Shown here in pieces: positions 48,565-58,046 of a DNA stretch of 64,000 nt. This stretch comes from Planctomycetota bacterium (GTDB lineage: Bacteria; Planctomycetota; UBA8108; SXIK01), in the NCBI GenBank assembly GCA_965223845.1, contig CBDCXR010000004.1, positions 6,848,001-6,912,000 on the forward strand, given 5' to 3'. Each line of letters starts with the position of its first letter. Position 1 is the first letter of the stretch. The notes below the pieces were generated by a model. That model did no database searches. It was not told where the DNA came from and worked only from the letters and a program-made list of their open reading frames with translations. The translations under genes were made by a program, and so were the position numbers.

Positions 48565-51450
48565 ATGTCTTCGTCGCGTATCTTCCCGCAGTGCTGCTTC
48601 GCGTTCGTGCTCGCGGTCGCCGGCGCCGACGCTCGCGCGGACGCCGTCTTCGACGAGTTCGTGAAACCGCTTTTCGCCGCCAACTGCACGAAGTGCCACG
48701 GGACGAAGCGGACGAAAGGCGAGATCAACCTCGAAGAGATTCGGACGCGCGGCGATCTCCTCTCCCGGCCGCGTCTCATTCGAGACATCATCGAGGTGAT
48801 CGACGCCGCGGACATGCCGCCCGAAAGCGAACCCGGACTGAGTGAGGCGGAGCGCGCCCGGCTTCTTCTCGGTCTGAAGAGCCTGCTGCGCGAATCGGCC
48901 ACCGGAGAATCGGGTGGCGATGCGCCCCTCCGGCGCCTCAATCGGTTTCAGTACAACAACGCGGTCCGGGATCTGTTCGACCTCAAAAGGGAAGTGTTTC
49001 GCCTTCCGGAGAAACTCCTCACGCGGCACGACGCTGCGTATCTGACATCCGATCGCATGCCGGATCGCGTCGACGCTGAGTGTCGCTCCTTGCGAAGCGA
49101 AGGTGGGCTTCGCGGCGTGAGCGCGTATCCGAAGGACCTTCGCGCGGCGCACGGGTTCGACAATCAAGCGGATCAGCTCACGCTATCGCCGCTCCTCCTC
49201 GATGCGTTTCTGAGACTCAGCGTCTCGATCGTCGAGAGCCCGGATTTCCACGCGGATTCGGTCGGCGCCTGGGACGATCTCTTCGCCGCTCCGGCCGGCG
49301 GCGTCGAGCCGGACGCGGAATTCTCGCGACGCCTGGCGCGCTTTCTTCGCCGAGCGTTTCGCCGGCCCGTCGAACCCGCCGTGCTCGAGCGTTACACCGC
49401 CTACGTCCGCGCGAAGCTCGCCGAGGGACTTTCATTCACCGAGAGCATGAAGAGGCTCGCGTCGGCGGTGCTGTCGTCGCCCCTCTTTCTCTATCGATAC
49501 GAGGCGGGAGCTCCGGGCGAAGACGCCTTCGCGTTCGCGTCCGATCTGTCATTCCTTCTCTGGGGCAGTGGACCGGACGACGAGCTCTTGCGGCTCGCCG
49601 AATCGGGCGAGCTGCTGCAGCCGTCGACCGTGCGAGAATCGTTTGAGCGGATGCTCGCCGATCCGAAGATCGAGCGTTTCCTCGACGCATTTCCCGCGCA
49701 ATGGATGCAGCTCGAGAACGTCCTCGCGGCGACGCCGGATCCGCGGAAGAACCGTTTGTTCAGCCTCGACAAGAGCTATCCGGCCAGCCTTCAAATGGTC
49801 GTCGAGCCTCTTCTACTCTTCGATGCGGTGTTCGTCGAGAATCGGCCGATCGTCGAGCTCATAGCGCCGTCCTTCAGCTACCGAAGCGATTTCCTGAAGA
49901 CCTGGTACGGCTCCGATCTCGCCCCACCGCCGCTCGACCTCGCGGCGATCGAGGTAGAGAATCTTGCCCGAGTGGAGCGGCGACGCGAACTCGAGGGGAA
50001 GGTCGCCGCGATCCGCGCCGAGATCGCGGCGCTCGACCAGTCGTTCCCGGGTCGCATCGCCGCGGCGCTCGGGGCGTTGGACGTCGAGAAGGGGCAGGCG
50101 AAATGGGAATCGACACAGCGGCGGATCCTCGCCGAGCGCGTCACCTTCTCTACGTGGCATCGCATCGGTCCGTTCGGCGCGGGCAGCCTCGAGGAGGCGC
50201 ACCGGAAGGCGTTCATCGACGAGGGGAGGGTCGATCTCGAGCGACGCTACGAAGGCCGCGAGTGGATCGAGACGAGCGCGTTCGTCGACGGGAAAGTGCA
50301 TTCGCTCCCCGGTGCGAACTGCGCGACGTATCTCTACCGTAAGATCGAGTCGCCCACCGATCGACCCCTCCGGATTGCGATCGGAAGCGACGACAGCTTC
50401 AAGCTCTGGCTCAACGGCCAGCTCGCGGTCGATGAATACGTGTCTCGGGGCGTAGCACCGAATCAGAACCGACTGCGCCTCGAGCTGAGGAAAGGCGAAA
50501 ACACGCTTCTCATGAAGGTCTCGAACGGAGGTGGCGGGTACGGATTCTATTTTAGCGGCGAATCGACGACGCTGCCTTTCGCCGTGCTCGCGGCGCTCAA
50601 GATGCGACCGGAGGCGCGGACCGAAGCCGAGAGCGCGGCACTCGCCGAGCATTACCACTCGGTCGCACCGGAGCTCGAACCCCTTCGAGCGCGGTACGCG
50701 AAGGACAAGACGGAGCTCGAGGGGAGACTCGCGCGAGCGCAGGAACAGGTGAAGCAGGCGCCGAAGCCCGAGGATCTGAACCAGCGCCGGAAGCGAGCAC
50801 AAAGGCGCTTCGATGACGAGATGCGCGAGCGGCTCCGATCACGAACGTTCGAGCGCGTCCCGGCCGAGGACCCGCGCTTCGGCGGCGTCATTACCAACGC
50901 GGCGATGCTCAGCATGACGTCGGGTCCGAAACGGACGCATCCCATAGCGCGCGGCGCCTGGTTGATCGAGGTCGTGTTCAACGATCCTCCGCCGCCGCCC
51001 CCGAACGACGTCCCGCCGCTCAACGAAGAGGACGAGAGGGACGAACTGACGATCCGGGAGAGATTTGCGCAGCACCGGGAGAACCCCGACTGCGCGGGTT
51101 GCCACTCGCGGCTCGATCCCCTCGGTTTCGCGCTCGAGAACTACGACCTCACGGGGAGATGGCGGGATGTCTACGAGAACGGAAGAGACGTGGACGCGAG
51201 CGGGAAGATTCTGCGACGGCACGAGTTTGACGGCGCCGTTCAGTTCAAGGCCGCGCTCGTCAAGGAGGAGCGGCGCTTCGCGAGGGCGTTCACGGGGCAT
51301 CTCCTTCGCTTCGCACTCGCGCGGGAGCTTGCCCCCGCCGATTCGATCGCGGTCGACGAGATCGTGGAGAAGGCGGCGAAGAACGGATACCGACTGAGGT
51401 CCCTCCTGCAAGAGGTCGTCTTGAGCGATCGATTTCGGCGAGCGCGCTGA
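48565..51450 (+). CDS. Planctomycete diheme DUF1587/1595/1592/1588/1585 protein with inserted coiled-coil/jelly-roll module
   Basis: CTKCH; LRRLNRFQYNNAVRDL; GFDN; RRAFRRPV; LSFLLWGSGPDDELL; HPIARGAW..PPPPP..CAGCH..DPLGFALENYD..GRWR. Confidence 0.92.
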   Translation: MSSSRIFPQCCFAFVLAVAGADARADAVFDEFVKPLFAANCTKCHGTKRTKGEINLEEIRTRGDLLSRPRLIRDIIEVIDAADMPPESEPGLSEAERARLLLGLKSLLRESATGESGGDAPLRRLNRFQYNNAVRDLFDLKREVFRLPEKLLTRHDAAYLTSDRMPDRVDAECRSLRSEGGLRGVSAYPKDLRAAHGFDNQADQLTLSPLLLDAFLRLSVSIVESPDFHADSVGAWDDLFAAPAGGVEPDAEFSRRLARFLRRAFRRPVEPAVLERYTAYVRAKLAEGLSFTESMKRLASAVLSSPLFLYRYEAGAPGEDAFAFASDLSFLLWGSGPDDELLRLAESGELLQPSTVRESFERMLADPKIERFLDAFPAQWMQLENVLAATPDPRKNRLFSLDKSYPASLQMVVEPLLLFDAVFVENRPIVELIAPSFSYRSDFLKTWYGSDLAPPPLDLAAIEVENLARVERRRELEGKVAAIRAEIAALDQSFPGRIAAALGALDVEKGQAKWESTQRRILAERVTFSTWHRIGPFGAGSLEEAHRKAFIDEGRVDLERRYEGREWIETSAFVDGKVHSLPGANCATYLYRKIESPTDRPLRIAIGSDDSFKLWLNGQLAVDEYVSRGVAPNQNRLRLELRKGENTLLMKVSNGGGGYGFYFSGESTTLPFAVLAALKMRPEARTEAESAALAEHYHSVAPELEPLRARYAKDKTELEGRLARAQEQVKQAPKPEDLNQRRKRAQRRFDDEMRERLRSRTFERVPAEDPRFGGVITNAAMLSMTSGPKRTHPIARGAWLIEVVFNDPPPPPPNDVPPLNEEDERDELTIRERFAQHRENPDCAGCHSRLDPLGFALENYDLTGRWRDVYENGRDVDASGKILRRHEFDGAVQFKAALVKEERRFARAFTGHLLRFALARELAPADSIAVDEIVEKAAKNGYRLRSLLQEVVLSDRFRRAR

Positions 51451-51703
51451 GTCGCGAGCGAACGCCGCTGCCTCGATTCGACGACTCACCCGCGTCGGTC
51501 GAGCGCGGCCCGGGCTCCTCCCCGCGCTGCGCTCCGTGCCGGTGAGCCGGGCGAATCGGAGAGCCACCCCGCTCGCCGGAGCGGGAGGAAAGCGTGGTCG
51601 ATTGCGTTCGCGGCGGGCGCCGGTCGCCCCCCCTTTTGCGTTTCTTCGTGATTTTCCGTCCGGTCGGGCGCGGCGGCGGCGGCTCGATGGGTGAGGCTCA
51701 CGA

Positions 51704-54700
51704 ATGAGAACCACATCCGATCCGCTCTTTCGCTATCTGAAGCGTCCGACTCGACGGCGACTCGCTCGAGTCGTCGCGGCCTACCACGACATCGTGTGGC
51801 GGGTCGCGCTTCGAACGACGCGTGACGCGGAAGACGCGGAGGACGTTTGCCAGGAAGTCTTCCTGAAGCTCCTTCTCGATCCGCCCGCGGCCGATACGGT
51901 CGAATCGCCACGCGGATTTCTCGCCTGGAGAGTCGTCAGCGTGGCGGGTCGCCAGCGCCGGAGCGCCGCGCGCCGTGTCCGCCGGGAGGCGGAGTACGCG
52001 CGCCGGCTGGCGGCGACCGCGCTCGGTGGGGAGAGTCCGGGCGACGAGTTCGTGGACGGCGAGGCGCTTCGCGGGGCGATCGAGTCGCTTCCCGAGCGCC
52101 TTCGGCTGCCGCTCGAACTTCGCTACATCGCCGAGATTCCGGTCGCGGAGATCGCGAGAGTGCTCGGCGTCTCGGAGCGCGAAGTGAGGCGGCGCCAAGA
52201 AGACGCGCGCGAACGTCTCCGGCGGCGGTTCCCTCGTATCCTCCTTCCGGCGATCGTCGCCGGGAGTGTCGCCGAGGACGTCGCGGCGGCTCCGCCGTCG
52301 CTCGTTGCGAGTCTCTTCGAGATCGCCAAGAGCGGTGGAGCACTCGCAGCGCCGACGGGGACGAGCGGCACCGTGCTCGCGAGCGCGGGCCTGACGCCCA
52401 AGACCCTCACGGGAACCGCAGGAGGTGCGCTCATGAGCGCGAAGAAGATGGCGCTCGTCGTGGGCGCGGCCGGCATGTTGATCGTTCTCTCGACCCAGGC
52501 GGTTCTCTGGGTGATGGATCCGTCGAGCGGCGAACGAATCGACGACGGGGAAGCGCCGGTCGTCGCGTCTCCCGCGTCTCCGCGAGCGGATCGCTCGAGC
52601 GACGGTGAACTCGAGACCGCAGTCGACGGTGTCGCGAAACCCATCGACGATCCCGCCGCGCCGAAACCGCTCATTTCGGGTCGCGTGACCGACGCGAGAG
52701 GCGACCCCGTCGTCGGCGCGAAGTTGTTCGCGCTCGACGCGAACGCTTGGGCGAACGTCGTCGCTCCGAACGAGCTCGAGGCGGCGCGATCGGGCGACAG
52801 CGCGGCGCTCATCGGCGTCCAGCGCGCGTATCGAAAGGCCGCCGGCGACGTTCCCACGGTGACGACCGACCTCGCGGGTGCCTACTCCTTCCCGGCGCTC
52901 CGTCGCGTCGACTATCGGGTGATCGTCGTCCACCCGGAGCACGTTCCGCACGAAGAGACTCTCGTCGAGAGCGAAGCGCTTCCCGGCGTCGTCGACGTGC
53001 GCCTTTTCGACGCGCACGGAATCAGCGGCACCGTCCTCGACACCGCGGGAGCTCCGCTCGCCGGGGTTTCGGTGCGAGCCGAAGAGCACGACTCGGCACT
53101 CGCCGCGGTCGGTCTCGGAAGCGGGGATCGCGCCGCGCGCTACGTCCAGCGTTGGGAGCGCGGTCGCATTTTGTTCGAGCCGGCCCGAGTCGAGACCGAT
53201 CGCCACGGGCGCTTTCACCTCGGTTCGCTCGCGCCGGCGCGGTTTCGCCTTTCCGCCCAGCGAAGCGGGTACGCGACGGTCGAGCGGAGTCAGGTTGCGG
53301 CCGGTACCGCGGACCTCGTGCTCACGCTCGAGTTGAGCAGTCTCGTCACCGGCATCGTCGTCGACGCCGGTGGACAGCCTGTCCGCGGAGCGAGCGTCGC
53401 GCTCGTTCGTGCGCGCGAACGCGAAGTGCACCGCTTCTACGATCCGAGTCTCGAGCGCGTCCGGCCGTTCGACGCGGCGGAAGACGAGGCGGTGCTCACG
53501 GGACCCGACGGACGATTTCGAATCCACGCGAGCGACGTGGGACCGCACGACTTGCGAGTGCGAGCGGAGGGTTTTGCTTCACTTCTCGCGGAGATCACCG
53601 TCGCGGAGGGTCCTCACGACGCGGGCGCGCTCGAACTGACTCGCGGCCGCGAGATCTCGGGGATCGTTCGCGACTCGGCCGGCGGCGCCGTTGCCGACGC
53701 CCGGGTGTGGGTCCCCGAAGGAGGGCGCAGCGTGAGGCCCGCGGCCATCCTCGGGCGTAACGAATCCGCCGTCGACAGCGAGACGCGCACGGGCGGCGAC
53801 GGTCGATTCGTGCTTCGTGCGGTCACCGAGCGCGCGGTCGAGCTGCTCGCCACGCACCCGGACTACGGCCGAGGTCGGGTGTCGCTCGGGGAGAAGAGCG
53901 CGGAGCTGACGATCGTCATGCCACCGCCTCTGCGCGTTCGCGGGCGAGTGATCGATGCGGCGAGTGGCGACCCGGTCGCCGGCGCGGAGGTCGCGACCGG
54001 ATTCGGACGCCCCGCCGGCGCGGTTACGGACGAGAGTGGAGAGTTCGAGTGCACGGACATCACGGCCGACGATCTCTACGTTCACACGCTCAACGTGCGG
54101 GTTTCACACCCCGCATACCCGACCGCGAGGACGAACGTGGTCGTCGGCAGTCGCTCGCCGGAACCCATCACCGTGCTCCTGTCGAGAGAGGCGATGCTCT
54201 CGGGGCGCGTCGAGACTCCATCCGGTACGCCACTCGCTGACGTGTCGGTCTACTACGAAGTGCGCGGGATGGCGCCGGAGGCGTATCACAATCCCGTCCG
54301 CGGCCTCGCCGCCCGGACGAACGAGCTCGGCGAGTTTGCGCTTCCGGCTCCGGACGGCACGCGGCACTTGATCGTGCGCCCTCAAGTCTTTCTCGTGGTC
54401 GAGCCGCCGGACTTCGCGACCGAGCGCATCGGTCCGCTTCGGTATCCGGAAGTCGGCTCGGCCTGGCCGGAGCTCGAGGTCGTCGTCACTCCGGGCGTCA
54501 GCGTGACGGGTCGAGTTCTCGATGGCGACGGCGACCCGGTGAGCGGCGCGAGCATCGCGCTCGTCCCGGAGTTCGAGGGCGAAGTGAAGGGACTCCTGAC
54601 GCGCTTGTCGGCTTTGCCGCGGAACGAGACCGCACGCAGTGGATCGGACGGCGAGTTTCGACTTTCGCACGTGGCGGCCGGCTCCTATCGCCTTCTCGTC

Positions 54701-56068
54701 GCAGCTCCGGGATATGCGTCGGCGAGCCTCGACGGAATCGACGTCGCAGATGCCGACGTGAGCCGCGATGTCGTTCTCGAATCGGGGACGACGGTCGAAG
54801 GGCGAGTCGTCGATCGGACCGGCGAACCGCTTCCCTTCGTCGAAGTGATCGCAATCGATGCTGCTTCACCGAATCCTCCGGCCGCCGCCAGCTCGCCGTT
54901 CGGTCGCCGAATGAATCTTCTTCGTCTCGCCGGTACGACCGGTGCGACCACGGGACCGGACGGACGATTCCGATTGTCCGGTCTTCCCGACCGCGAACTG
55001 TCGGTGATCGCGCGCGCGGAGGGTTACGAGGCGGGCCTCGCGGAGAACGTGGTGCCGGGCGCCGCGCCGATCGAGATCGTTCTCGAACGGTTCTCCGCCG
55101 TCGGAGGCCGCGTCGTATCGCGCGGCACAGGAGCTCCCGTGCGCGAGTTCGTGATCGAGATCATCGATGTCCTCGAGCGAAAGCGCCGGCAGAGCGTCCG
55201 CGGTGCGATGAGCGACTATCGCATGGGCTCGGTCGGTTCCCTGCGATTCCGCGATCCGAATGGGAGGTACTTCTTCGACGGGCTTGTCGCGAGCGAGTAC
55301 GAGCTGCTTCTGATCGCTCCGGGGTTTCGACTCGAGAAGAAGAGCTGTCGATTGGAAAGCGGCCAAGAGCTAGACGTCGACTTCGAGCTCGATCCGGGCG
55401 TCGAGCTCGCTGGGAACGTGATCGATGCGGAGACGGGCGGGCCGGTGATGAACGCGATCGTGAACGTCGCCCCGCGAACGGTCCAGGACATGACCGCCCT
55501 CATGCGCGCGAACGCTCGCGAACGGATTCGAACGGGCGGCGACGGTTCGTTCCGCGTCGGCGGACTCGCAGACGGTGACCACGTGGTGGGGGTGGCGCAT
55601 CCCTTCTACGAGCTCGGTCTCGACGGGTACGTGGTGAACATCCCACGTGGCGAACCGTTCGTGGTCGAGCTCGAGCCGGCCGGCGGTCTCGTCGGGCGTC
55701 TCACTGGGCTCGCGGTCGAAGGCGAAGCCGGCTCTCGGGTTCGCCACTCGATCGAGCTCGTACCGATCGGATTCGAGACGGGCGACGGAGAAGCGGGCGA
55801 AGACGAGCCGGTCCCGTACGCCCTCCGGCACGTCGGCGTCCGGGACGACGGCCGCTTCTCGCAGTACCGACTGCCGGCGGGCGAGTATCGGATTCTCGTT
55901 ACGCGCCAGGAGTTCGAGTTCGGAAAGTCGACGGCGATCGGTCCGACCGGCGGATTCGTGGCGCACGAAGAGAAGGGAGAGCCGCAGGAGTTCGACCTCG
56001 GTACCGTGACGGTCCGCGCGCGAGAGACGGTCCGGGTCGAGCGGGCGCTTCCGTCGGCCAACCGTTGA
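51704..56068 (+). CDS. ECF-type RNA polymerase sigma factor fused to a TM helix and about 10 carboxypeptidase-regulatory-like beta-sandwich repeats
   Basis: Region 2 DAEDVCQEVFLKL; region 4 LPERLRLPLELRY...EIARVLGVSE; TM LVVGAAGMLIVLSTQAVLWV; repeats (I/V)SG.V.D..G.P(V/L).GA...T..DGRF. Confidence 0.92.
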   Translation: MRTTSDPLFRYLKRPTRRRLARVVAAYHDIVWRVALRTTRDAEDAEDVCQEVFLKLLLDPPAADTVESPRGFLAWRVVSVAGRQRRSAARRVRREAEYARRLAATALGGESPGDEFVDGEALRGAIESLPERLRLPLELRYIAEIPVAEIARVLGVSEREVRRRQEDARERLRRRFPRILLPAIVAGSVAEDVAAAPPSLVASLFEIAKSGGALAAPTGTSGTVLASAGLTPKTLTGTAGGALMSAKKMALVVGAAGMLIVLSTQAVLWVMDPSSGERIDDGEAPVVASPASPRADRSSDGELETAVDGVAKPIDDPAAPKPLISGRVTDARGDPVVGAKLFALDANAWANVVAPNELEAARSGDSAALIGVQRAYRKAAGDVPTVTTDLAGAYSFPALRRVDYRVIVVHPEHVPHEETLVESEALPGVVDVRLFDAHGISGTVLDTAGAPLAGVSVRAEEHDSALAAVGLGSGDRAARYVQRWERGRILFEPARVETDRHGRFHLGSLAPARFRLSAQRSGYATVERSQVAAGTADLVLTLELSSLVTGIVVDAGGQPVRGASVALVRAREREVHRFYDPSLERVRPFDAAEDEAVLTGPDGRFRIHASDVGPHDLRVRAEGFASLLAEITVAEGPHDAGALELTRGREISGIVRDSAGGAVADARVWVPEGGRSVRPAAILGRNESAVDSETRTGGDGRFVLRAVTERAVELLATHPDYGRGRVSLGEKSAELTIVMPPPLRVRGRVIDAASGDPVAGAEVATGFGRPAGAVTDESGEFECTDITADDLYVHTLNVRVSHPAYPTARTNVVVGSRSPEPITVLLSREAMLSGRVETPSGTPLADVSVYYEVRGMAPEAYHNPVRGLAARTNELGEFALPAPDGTRHLIVRPQVFLVVEPPDFATERIGPLRYPEVGSAWPELEVVVTPGVSVTGRVLDGDGDPVSGASIALVPEFEGEVKGLLTRLSALPRNETARSGSDGEFRLSHVAAGSYRLLVAAPGYASASLDGIDVADADVSRDVVLESGTTVEGRVVDRTGEPLPFVEVIAIDAASPNPPAAASSPFGRRMNLLRLAGTTGATTGPDGRFRLSGLPDRELSVIARAEGYEAGLAENVVPGAAPIEIVLERFSAVGGRVVSRGTGAPVREFVIEIIDVLERKRRQSVRGAMSDYRMGSVGSLRFRDPNGRYFFDGLVASEYELLLIAPGFRLEKKSCRLESGQELDVDFELDPGVELAGNVIDAETGGPVMNAIVNVAPRTVQDMTALMRANARERIRTGGDGSFRVGGLADGDHVVGVAHPFYELGLDGYVVNIPRGEPFVVELEPAGGLVGRLTGLAVEGEAGSRVRHSIELVPIGFETGDGEAGEDEPVPYALRHVGVRDDGRFSQYRLPAGEYRILVTRQEFEFGKSTAIGPTGGFVAHEEKGEPQEFDLGTVTVRARETVRVERALPSANR
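52421..52435 (+). promoter_or_regulatory. Internal Shine-Dalgarno plus in-frame ATG inside the ECF gene
   Basis: GGAGGT-gcgctc-ATG (ATG 52433 = Met244), directly before MSAKKM and the TM helix. Confidence 0.45.
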
Positions 56069-56092
56069 GGGTTCGAACTCGGTTCTCGAACA

Positions 56093-57079
56093 TCAGGCGC
56101 CGGTTTGCTTCGCTCTCTCCGCCGTTCGGTTCTGCCGCTCGAAAAACGGAACGAGCAGTGTGTCGACGACGAGCTGGAAGAGATGAAACAAGACGAGCGG
56201 AACCGCGCCCGCGGCGTTCGCGCTGAAGAACCGGTTCCAAAGATCGATTCCGTTCGGAAGCGTCTTCTGCGCGCCGCAGAAGACGATCGCCGTCCGCGCG
56301 GACACGGGAAGCCCGGCGATCGTAGCGGCCGCGTAGTTCCAGGCGAGGAGAAGGGTGTGAAGCAGTGCGCAGGCGGCGAAATAGCGGAGAGCGAGCGCCA
56401 CCTCGGAACGAACCTGATCCGCAGCTGCCGCCACGCCGGTGTAGACGAAGACGAGAATGATGAGTTGAGGGACGACGCGAAGCGCCGGGACGATTCTCTG
56501 CGCGCGCGACCAGAGTGCGCGTCTGAGCGCTTGCCCGAGCACGACCGGAAGCAGGACGACCGTGCACATGCGGGCGATCATCGCGAGGGCGTCGAACTCG
56601 ACGTTGGCGCCGATCGCGATCTTGAGGACGAGCGGAGTGAGGACGACGGTGAGCGCGTTCGAGAGGAGCGTGAGAACGAGCGCGAGTTCTTGATCACCGC
56701 GGGTCATGATGGTCAGCGCCAACGCTGAGGCGAGCGTGCCCGCCTGAGCCGCGACGAGCATCATTCCCTGCGTGAACGCGGCCGATTCGCCGCCGCTCGG
56801 CCCGAAGACGCGAGCGAGGCCGAACGCGAGAATCGGAGCGACGAGATAGGTCGACCCGAGTGCGAGCCCGATCGCGCGGAGATTCGTCGCTTGGCGGACG
56901 AGTCGGCTCGTATCGAGGAGGAACCCCGATATCGCGAGGGTGGTCGCGACGAAGATCGGGATCGCCCAGTCGACCTCGCGGAGCGCGTTGCCGCCGGCGG
57001 GCCAGAGCGTTCCGATCGGAAGAAGAAGGACGAGGAGAGTGAGGAACCAGTACCGGCGAAGGACGCGCGAGAGCTTCAT
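56093..57079 (-). CDS. Bile acid:sodium symporter family (SBF-like) transporter
   Basis: About 9-10 TMs; TLASALALT...GD..LA, SNAL.V.LTP, FCGAQKTL.NG, PLVLFHLFQL. Confidence 0.88.
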   Translation of the reverse strand: MKLSRVLRRYWFLTLLVLLLPIGTLWPAGGNALREVDWAIPIFVATTLAISGFLLDTSRLVRQATNLRAIGLALGSTYLVAPILAFGLARVFGPSGGESAAFTQGMMLVAAQAGTLASALALTIMTRGDQELALVLTLLSNALTVVLTPLVLKIAIGANVEFDALAMIARMCTVVLLPVVLGQALRRALWSRAQRIVPALRVVPQLIILVFVYTGVAAAADQVRSEVALALRYFAACALLHTLLLAWNYAAATIAGLPVSARTAIVFCGAQKTLPNGIDLWNRFFSANAAGAVPLVLFHLFQLVVDTLLVPFFERQNRTAERAKQTGA

Positions 57080-57088
57080 GCGGGGTGA

Positions 57089-57922
57089 TCAGTTCCCCGC
57101 GGAATCATCGTCCGTGGCTGCGTCCGCGGATCTCCCGCGGGGCTTTTTCTTCGGTGGCTTCTTCTTTTCCCACTTGCCCTTCTTGACCTCGATCCACCAG
57201 CCGGTCTTGCACTTCTTCTGCCAGGCTTTCGCGAAGATCTTGCCGATGTCGACGACGCGCTTCGGGTCGATCTTGTTCGCCCGGGCGAGCTCGCTGTAGA
57301 GATCTTGTCGATTCCGATTCTCGGCGCCGATGAGGGCGAGCACGGCTCGGCGCTTCTTGAGCGTGAGGTCTTTGAGATCGCGCTTCACGAGGAGTCCGGT
57401 GTGGCCTTCGCCCACGCGACCCTCTCGGTAGAGAGGGAGCAGCTTCTGGTAGCGCTTCTTCAGCTCGGCCTTGATCTTCTTGATCTTCGGCGTCGCGATG
57501 TCGAGATCGAATTCGCTCGGCGGCGGCTTGAGCTCGTCCCTATCGCCCTTCTCCTTGTCGCCCTCTTTGTCGTCGTCGTTCTCCGGAGGGCTGCTCGCGA
57601 CGACTCCGGCGAGAGCGGCCGGAACGCCGGCGCTGATCCAGGCCGTCGCCGGAAAGAGAGGAGGCGATTCGGCCGGACTCCACCGAGCCGCTTTCGGTTC
57701 GCTCTCGCCCTCTCCGTTCTCGCCGTCGATCGACGGCGAATCCGACGCGGCGAGATCGGGGCGGACTTCGTCGACGATCGCATCCGCTGCTCGTTCGATC
57801 TGGCGCGTCGGAAAGTACACGTTGATCGTGACACAGCCGATCGCGACGAGGACGGCCGCGCCCGCCGCGATCGGCTGCGCGCGGCGAGGGACGCGTCCAC
57901 GGTTCGTTCGAAACGAGTTCAC
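57089..57922 (-). CDS. YdbL/DUF1318 family lipoprotein with YnbE-like N-terminus
   Basis: Lipobox AIGC-VTINVYFP..AAD.IVDEV; GRVGE..TGLL, AENRNRQDLY..LA, FAKAW...GWW. GTG 57922 inferred. Confidence 0.8.
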   Translation of the reverse strand: MNSFRTNRGRVPRRAQPIAAGAAVLVAIGCVTINVYFPTRQIERAADAIVDEVRPDLAASDSPSIDGENGEGESEPKAARWSPAESPPLFPATAWISAGVPAALAGVVASSPPENDDDKEGDKEKGDRDELKPPPSEFDLDIATPKIKKIKAELKKRYQKLLPLYREGRVGEGHTGLLVKRDLKDLTLKKRRAVLALIGAENRNRQDLYSELARANKIDPKRVVDIGKIFAKAWQKKCKTGWWIEVKKGKWEKKKPPKKKPRGRSADAATDDDSAGN

Positions 57923-58046
57923 CGGGTTTTCCTCAAGAGTTTCGTCGTCATGGAGGCCATTCAAGAGGCATTTCGTTGCGAGATGGACTCTCTCTCGGGA
58001 GAGGTTTTTTTTCCAAGTGAGATCGACGAGTGATTCTCGTCTCCCT

